Made by a program: the position numbers and the translations under genes. From positions 192,001 through 256,000 of the forward strand of contig CBDEUM010000030.1 of NCBI GenBank assembly GCA_965242925.1: a DNA stretch of 64,000 nt, read 5' to 3'. The first letter of the stretch is position 1. Every line of letters starts with the position of its first letter. This stretch comes from Roseibacillus sp. (lineage in GTDB: Bacteria > Verrucomicrobiota > Verrucomicrobiia > Verrucomicrobiales > Akkermansiaceae). Positions 58,957-64,000 of the stretch are shown one piece after another. The notes beneath the pieces were generated by a model. It was given only the letters and a program-made list of their open reading frames with translations, was not told where the DNA came from and did no database searches.

Positions 58957-59642
58957 GATTCTCCGCTCCGTGATTCCCTCTCCTTTTCCTGCTGTGCCTC
59001 AACCTCTTCCCTGAAGGAGACAATCTCGGAATTGGCGCGGGCGTCGACTATGAGATTGACGATCTCGATTCCCGTGCGCTGCAACCGATAGAGCAACCGC
59101 TTGGCCTTCCCCAGCATCGTCAGGTAGAAGACATAGGAGCAGGTTGCGATACAAAGCCCCGCCGCAGTCGTTAGAAGGCTCAGAAAGGTCCCCTCCGCCA
59201 GATGGGCGAGGGCGACCTCTCCTTCGGCCTCACGAATTTCCGTAAAGACGTCAAGAAGGCCCAGTGACGTCCCAAGCAATCCGGCCAGGGGTGCCACCAA
59301 CGCGATGCCGAGAAGGGCACGCAGATTCTTCTCGATACGGGGCACTTCCATACACACCGCCTCATCGGCGATTTCACGCAGATCCTTACGCTCCATATGA
59401 TGGCGGATCAGGACGCTATGCACGACCCGGCCCACCGGACCGGGCACCCTGTCCGCCTCATGAATGGCCTCCGCAAAAGCCTTGCGGCGAATATGATTCG
59501 AGATCCCCAGCAGGAAATCGGCGGCATTGACCCGCACCCCGTGAAAGTAAAGGAGCCGTTCCAGAACATAAACAATGGCAAGGAAGGCGAGGGCGGCCTG
59601 GAGCCAGAAAACCGGTCCGCCGTACTTCAGGAGCTCCGACAT
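58953..59642 (-). CDS. MotA/TolQ/ExbB proton channel protein
   Basis: GGPVFW, APLAGLLGT, LLTTAAGL. Confidence 0.88.
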   Translation of the reverse strand: MSELLKYGGPVFWLQAALAFLAIVYVLERLLYFHGVRVNAADFLLGISNHIRRKAFAEAIHEADRVPGPVGRVVHSVLIRHHMERKDLREIADEAVCMEVPRIEKNLRALLGIALVAPLAGLLGTSLGLLDVFTEIREAEGEVALAHLAEGTFLSLLTTAAGLCIATCSYVFYLTMLGKAKRLLYRLQRTGIEIVNLIVDARANSEIVSFREEVEAQQEKERESRSGES

Positions 59643-59767
59643 CGTCCAATAGTATAACGTGAACCCTGCAGAATGACCAGTCGTTCTGCACCAATCGTGC
59701 AATTCTCCTTTCCACGGAACCCGGGCATTGCCCTTGACCCCATTCTCAGCTCCCTCTACGTAGCGCC

Positions 59768-60973
59768 ATGTCATTTGCTGAGCTTGGGCTCTCGGAAGGT
59801 GTCCTGAAGGCCATCGATGAGTCCGGTTACACCAATCCCACCCCTATTCAGGAGCAAGGGATTCCACTCGTCCTTGAAGGACGCGACGTTATTGGCGCCT
59901 CTCAGACAGGCACCGGAAAGACGGCCGCCTTCGCCCTCCCCGTCCTCAGCAAGCTCGAGCCGATGCCTACCCCCCAGTGCCTGGTCCTTGAACCTACCCG
60001 CGAACTTGCCCACCAGGTGTCCGAGTCCTTTGAGCACTACGGGAAGCACACCGACTGCCGGGTGGCTCTCCTGCACGGCGGTGTGGGCTACGGAAAACAG
60101 GTCGACCAGCTGGAACGGGGAGCCGACGTGGTGGTCGCTACTCCGGGACGCCTGATTGATTTGTTCTATCGCGGCACCATGCGTTTCGGCGAGATGAAGG
60201 TTCTCATCCTCGACGAGGTCGATCGCATGCTGGACATGGGCTTCCTGCCCGATGTCCGCAAGATCGTGAACCTTTGTCCCTGGGAACAGCGCCAGACACT
60301 CTTCTTTTCCGCCACCATGCCTCCGGCCATTCAAACCTTCGCGGAGTGGTGCCTCAAGGACCCGGTGGAAGTTGAGATAGCCCGTCGCGAGATACCCTCT
60401 ACCGTGACACACGCTTTTTACCCGGTCTCCATGAGCCAGCGGGATGAACTGCTCCTCTCTCTCCTTGACCAAACAGACCAAACAGACTCTCACAGCGTCA
60501 TGATCTTCACCCGTACCCGCAAGGAGGCAGACTCCGTCTCTGGTCTCCTCAAGCAGGAGGGTCATGCCAAGGTCGCGGTGATGCACTCTGATATCAAGCA
60601 GAGCGATCGCATGAAGGCTCTCAAAGGATTCAAGGAAGGATCCTATGATGTCCTCGTCGCAACCGATGTCGCTGCCCGTGGAATCGATATTTCCAATGTC
60701 ACGCACGTCATCAACTACCGCGTCCCCGAGAATGCGGAAGACTATGTCCACCGTATCGGCCGGACCGGTCGTGCCGAGCAGGAAGGCGACGCCTTCACCC
60801 TCCTCACCGCCGATGAACTCGACTTCGCAACTTCGGTTGAGCGCTTTATTGACCGGAAAATCGAGCGGAAAAAGCTGGATGGGTTCGACTATGCCTACAC
60901 TGCTCTCCTCGATAACAAGCCGGCCAGGCCAATCCGCCGCCCCCGCCGTCCGTCGGGTCGGCGCCGGAAGTAA
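59768..60973 (+). CDS. DEAD-box RNA helicase (RhlE-like)
   Basis: Q motif, QTGTGKT, PTRELA, DEVD, SAT, HRIGRTGR. Confidence 0.95.
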   Translation: MSFAELGLSEGVLKAIDESGYTNPTPIQEQGIPLVLEGRDVIGASQTGTGKTAAFALPVLSKLEPMPTPQCLVLEPTRELAHQVSESFEHYGKHTDCRVALLHGGVGYGKQVDQLERGADVVVATPGRLIDLFYRGTMRFGEMKVLILDEVDRMLDMGFLPDVRKIVNLCPWEQRQTLFFSATMPPAIQTFAEWCLKDPVEVEIARREIPSTVTHAFYPVSMSQRDELLLSLLDQTDQTDSHSVMIFTRTRKEADSVSGLLKQEGHAKVAVMHSDIKQSDRMKALKGFKEGSYDVLVATDVAARGIDISNVTHVINYRVPENAEDYVHRIGRTGRAEQEGDAFTLLTADELDFATSVERFIDRKIERKKLDGFDYAYTALLDNKPARPIRRPRRPSGRRRK

Positions 60974-61041
60974 CCTCCCCCCTTCCCGGGGCTTTTAGGA
61001 TTCTGGAATCAACCATCTGCCCTTAGGCTGTGGAGCCAGCC

Positions 61042-61545
61042 ATGCGCATCCTCGCCATCGACCCCGCCATTCGCAACACTGGTTTTGCCGTGGTTGAAGG
61101 CGATCATAGATCGCAACGGGCCCTCGATTTCAACATCATCTCTCTCCCGCAAAAGCTCCCCCAATCGGAAGCCTTGGCCGCTATTCGGAGGGGGCTCAGC
61201 AATACCATCGCGAAATGGGAACCCGATGAAGTGGCGGTGGAGGGAATCATCTATGTGCAATCCCACCGCACCGCCATCTCCATGGGAGCGGCCCGCGCTG
61301 CGGCCTTGATCGCAGCTGCCGATCATGGACTGAACGTCTACGAGTATGCCCCTCGCAAGATCAAACAGGCTGTGGTGGGCAAGGGAGGGGCTGACAAGCA
61401 ACAGGTGGCCTTCATGGTGCGGGCCCTCCTCGGGCTCGAAGAAACGCCCCCTCACGACGCTGCTGACGCCCTCGCCATTGCCCTCGCTCATCTCTTTGCC
61501 TCCGATCCTCTCAGGCAGGCCGCCCTCCCTCGAACCCAGGTCTAG
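61042..61545 (+). CDS. ruvC: Holliday junction resolvase
   Basis: ILAIDP, AVE, KQAVVGKGGADKQQV, DAADALAIA. Confidence 0.95.
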   Translation: MRILAIDPAIRNTGFAVVEGDHRSQRALDFNIISLPQKLPQSEALAAIRRGLSNTIAKWEPDEVAVEGIIYVQSHRTAISMGAARAAALIAAADHGLNVYEYAPRKIKQAVVGKGGADKQQVAFMVRALLGLEETPPHDAADALAIALAHLFASDPLRQAALPRTQV

Positions 61546-61583
61546 CCATTAGCATCGACTAATCCGATCACCCCCTCCCCGCC

Positions 61584-62252
61584 ATGATCTCCCGCTGGCT
61601 CGGCACCAACGCCCCCTATCAGACCACCCTCCAACTTCAGGAGGAACATGCCCGACAACTCCGTTCGGGGGCTATTTCTGAAACAGTTTTCCTGCTGGAG
61701 CACGCACCGGTCTATACCATCGGGCGAACGCGCGACCAGAGCAGTCTGGGAGACACCTCTCACCTTCCTCATCCTGTATTCGAGGTCAACCGTGGTGGTC
61801 AGGCCTCCTACCACGGTCCCGGACAACTGGTCGGCTATCCCATTCTCGACCTGCAAAACTACGGGAAGGACCTGCACGCCTACCTGCGCGTCCTGGAGGA
61901 ATCCCTCGTGAACACCCTCGCCGACTTCAGCATCGTAGCCCGCCGCCGCGAAGGCCTCACCGGGGTGTGGGTTGAAGACCGCAAGATCGCCAGTATCGGG
62001 GTTGGTATACGCAGGTGGGTCACGATGCACGGATTCGCCCTCAATATCAGTCCCGATTCACTCCCCCCTTTCCTCTCCATCACTCCCTGCGGGATCGATG
62101 GAGTGACCACGACCTGCCTTCATCACGAATCCAGTCAGCAACCAGATACGCAGGAGGTCGGCAAGGCCGCTCTGCACCATCTCTCCTCCAAGCTTGCCGA
62201 ACTGGCGACAAATTCAACTACTCGAACTGGCCAGCTTCCTCCACCGAAATGA
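61584..62252 (+). CDS. lipB: Lipoyl(octanoyl) transferase
   Basis: LLEHAPVYTIGR, RGGQASYHGPGQLVGYP, KIASIG, HGFALN, PCG. Confidence 0.96.
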   Translation: MISRWLGTNAPYQTTLQLQEEHARQLRSGAISETVFLLEHAPVYTIGRTRDQSSLGDTSHLPHPVFEVNRGGQASYHGPGQLVGYPILDLQNYGKDLHAYLRVLEESLVNTLADFSIVARRREGLTGVWVEDRKIASIGVGIRRWVTMHGFALNISPDSLPPFLSITPCGIDGVTTTCLHHESSQQPDTQEVGKAALHHLSSKLAELATNSTTRTGQLPPPK

Positions 62253-62333
62253 CGTGGCAGCCGGGAAAGATACACTCCCGGACCACCATTCGAGCCTGAA
62301 ATCTGGCACCCTGCCGGGAGTGGATTCCCCGGC

Positions 62334-64000
62334 CTACTTCGTCTTGGCAGCCTTCTCCGCCTCAATCTTCCTGATCACCTCATCCGCAATGCCGCTTGGC
62401 GCGGCAGTGTAGTGGGAAAACTCCATTGAAAACTGGCCACGGCCCGAGGTCATGGTTCGCAGGTCCCCGATATATCCGAACATCTCGCCCAGCGGAGCCT
62501 CCGCCCTGATCCGGTTGCCGGTAGGCGCACGTTCTTGAGCGTGAATCATTCCGCGCCGACGGTTCAGATCTCCGATCACGTCTCCCACATTGTCCTCCGG
62601 TGTGAAGACGTCCAGTTTCATGATGGGCTCCAGGAGCCGGGGGGAAGCCTTTGGTATGGACTGGCGGTATGCCGCCTTGGCTGCCAGTTCGAAAGCCACC
62701 GCCGAGGAGTCCACCGAGTGATGTCCGCCGTCCAACAGGGTCACCTTGAAATCGAGGCAGGGAAACCCTGCCAGCACTCCCTTCTCCAGCGATTTCTTGA
62801 AGCCCTTCTTTACCGCCGGGATGAATTCCTTGGGCACGTTCCCGCCCACCACCTTGGACTCGAACTCGAATCCGGATCCCGACTCCAGCGGCTCCAGAAT
62901 ATAATCGATCTTGGCATACTGCCCCGAACCTCCGCTCTGCTTCTTATGCGTATAGGAGTCCTCGATCTGCTTTGTAATGGTCTCCCGGTAGGCTACCTGC
63001 GGAGCACCCACCACCGTTTCGACACCATAGGTGCGCTTGAGGATGTCCACCTTGATATCGAGGTGAAGCTCACCCATGCCCTTGAGCACAGTCTCACCGC
63101 TGTCCTGATCGGTCTCCACCCGGAAGGAGGGATCCTCCTTCATCATCTTCGCAAGAGCCCCACCCAGTTTATCGGCCTGACCCACTTCAGAGGGCTGAAC
63201 CGCCATCGAGATGACCGGGTCCGGGAAGACCATCGGTTCAAGGGTGGCCGGGTTCTTCTCATCGCACAAGGTGTGGCCCGTCTGCACGTTCTTGAGTCCC
63301 AGAAGGGCCACGATATCGCCGGCCTGGGCCCCCTCCAACTCCTTCCGGTCATCAGCGTGCATCTCCACGATCCGGCCCACCCGCTCGGTCTTGCCCGTGA
63401 AAGTATTGAGAATCATCGTGCCCTTCTGCAGGCGCCCGGAGTAAACCCGGGTGAAGGTAAGGGCGCCGTACTGGTCGTCCATGATCTTGAAGGCCAGGGC
63501 ACGCAGGGGGCGGTCGGGATCAACCACCGCCACTTCGCCTGTCTCGTTGCCGTCAATATCAACCTCGGGCTGGGGCGGAACCTCGGTCGGATCGGGAAGA
63601 TAATCGACCACTGCGTTCAGAACCAGCTGCACCCCTTTGTTCTTGAAGGCCGATCCGCAGAAAGTCGGGAAGAAGGACAGAGCGATGGTGCCTTTACGGA
63701 CAAGCCGCTTGAGGGTCTCCACATCCGGCTCCTCCCCTTCCAGATACTTCTCCATCACCTCGTCATCCTGCTCCACCGCCATTTCGATCAGTTCATTGCG
63801 GTAGTGCTCCACCTTCTCCACCATATCGGCCGGCGGGTCCTCGATCCGGAAACTTGTCGGATCCCCCGAATCGTCCCAGATCCATGCCTTCCTGGTGAGA
63901 AGATCAATCACTCCCGTGAACGTGTCCTCGACGCCAATGGGCAGAGTCATCACCATCGGATTTGCTGCTAACACATCCTTGATCTGCTCAATCACGCGGT
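62334..64000 (-). CDS. fusA: Elongation factor G, 3' part (5' end outside the window)
   Basis: [50 protein letters not shown]. Confidence 0.96.
   Translation of the reverse strand, partial: RVIEQIKDVLAANPMVMTLPIGVEDTFTGVIDLLTRKAWIWDDSGDPTSFRIEDPPADMVEKVEHYRNELIEMAVEQDDEVMEKYLEGEEPDVETLKRLVRKGTIALSFFPTFCGSAFKNKGVQLVLNAVVDYLPDPTEVPPQPEVDIDGNETGEVAVVDPDRPLRALAFKIMDDQYGALTFTRVYSGRLQKGTMILNTFTGKTERVGRIVEMHADDRKELEGAQAGDIVALLGLKNVQTGHTLCDEKNPATLEPMVFPDPVISMAVQPSEVGQADKLGGALAKMMKEDPSFRVETDQDSGETVLKGMGELHLDIKVDILKRTYGVETVVGAPQVAYRETITKQIEDSYTHKKQSGGSGQYAKIDYILEPLESGSGFEFESKVVGGNVPKEFIPAVKKGFKKSLEKGVLAGFPCLDFKVTLLDGGHHSVDSSAVAFELAAKAAYRQSIPKASPRLLEPIMKLDVFTPEDNVGDVIGDLNRRRGMIHAQERAPTGNRIRAEAPLGEMFGYIGDLRTMTSGRGQFSMEFSHYTAAPSGIADEVIRKIEAEKAAKTK

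Noticed and set aside
62535..63971. Long antisense ORFs opposite fusA (likewise opposite secA, smc, purH, glnD)
   Set aside because: Expected shadows of GC-rich codon usage opposite well-conserved genes

Overview
GC-rich bacterial chromosome segment. Gene content (DUF1592/DUF1552 pair, fused secDF, short HemA, RRM protein, near absence of Shine-Dalgarno sites) suggests Verrucomicrobiota; this is an inference. The right three-quarters (16.5-64 kb) is mostly housekeeping: nfeD-flotillin, ccsA-hemA-hemC-cobA/hemD, apt, glnD, miaA, nagB, purH-pdxJ-acpS, tgt-yajC-secDF, ffh, smc, secA, rpsU, fabF, exbBD, a DEAD-box helicase, ruvC, lipB and fusA. The left 16 kb is an integration hotspot at tRNA-Thr(CGT). 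A ~9 kb element bounded by 76-bp direct repeats encodes a tyrosine integrase, an excisionase-like protein, an SSB-like protein and a phage-type replication initiator with internal 21-bp-phased iterons, but no capsid or conjugation genes. Its cargo is two secreted 7-blade FG-GAP-like propeller proteins whose blades have near-invariant DNA frameworks and hypervariable loops. A decayed sister island appears to lie directly to its left. Other notable signals: a 62-aa C-terminal domain shared by unrelated secreted proteins (candidate sorting signal), a ~285-nt highly pairable RNA upstream of an RRM gene, and tandem NrdR-like boxes upstream of smc. Three frameshifts (secA, flotillin, one propeller gene) suggest residual indel errors in the assembly.
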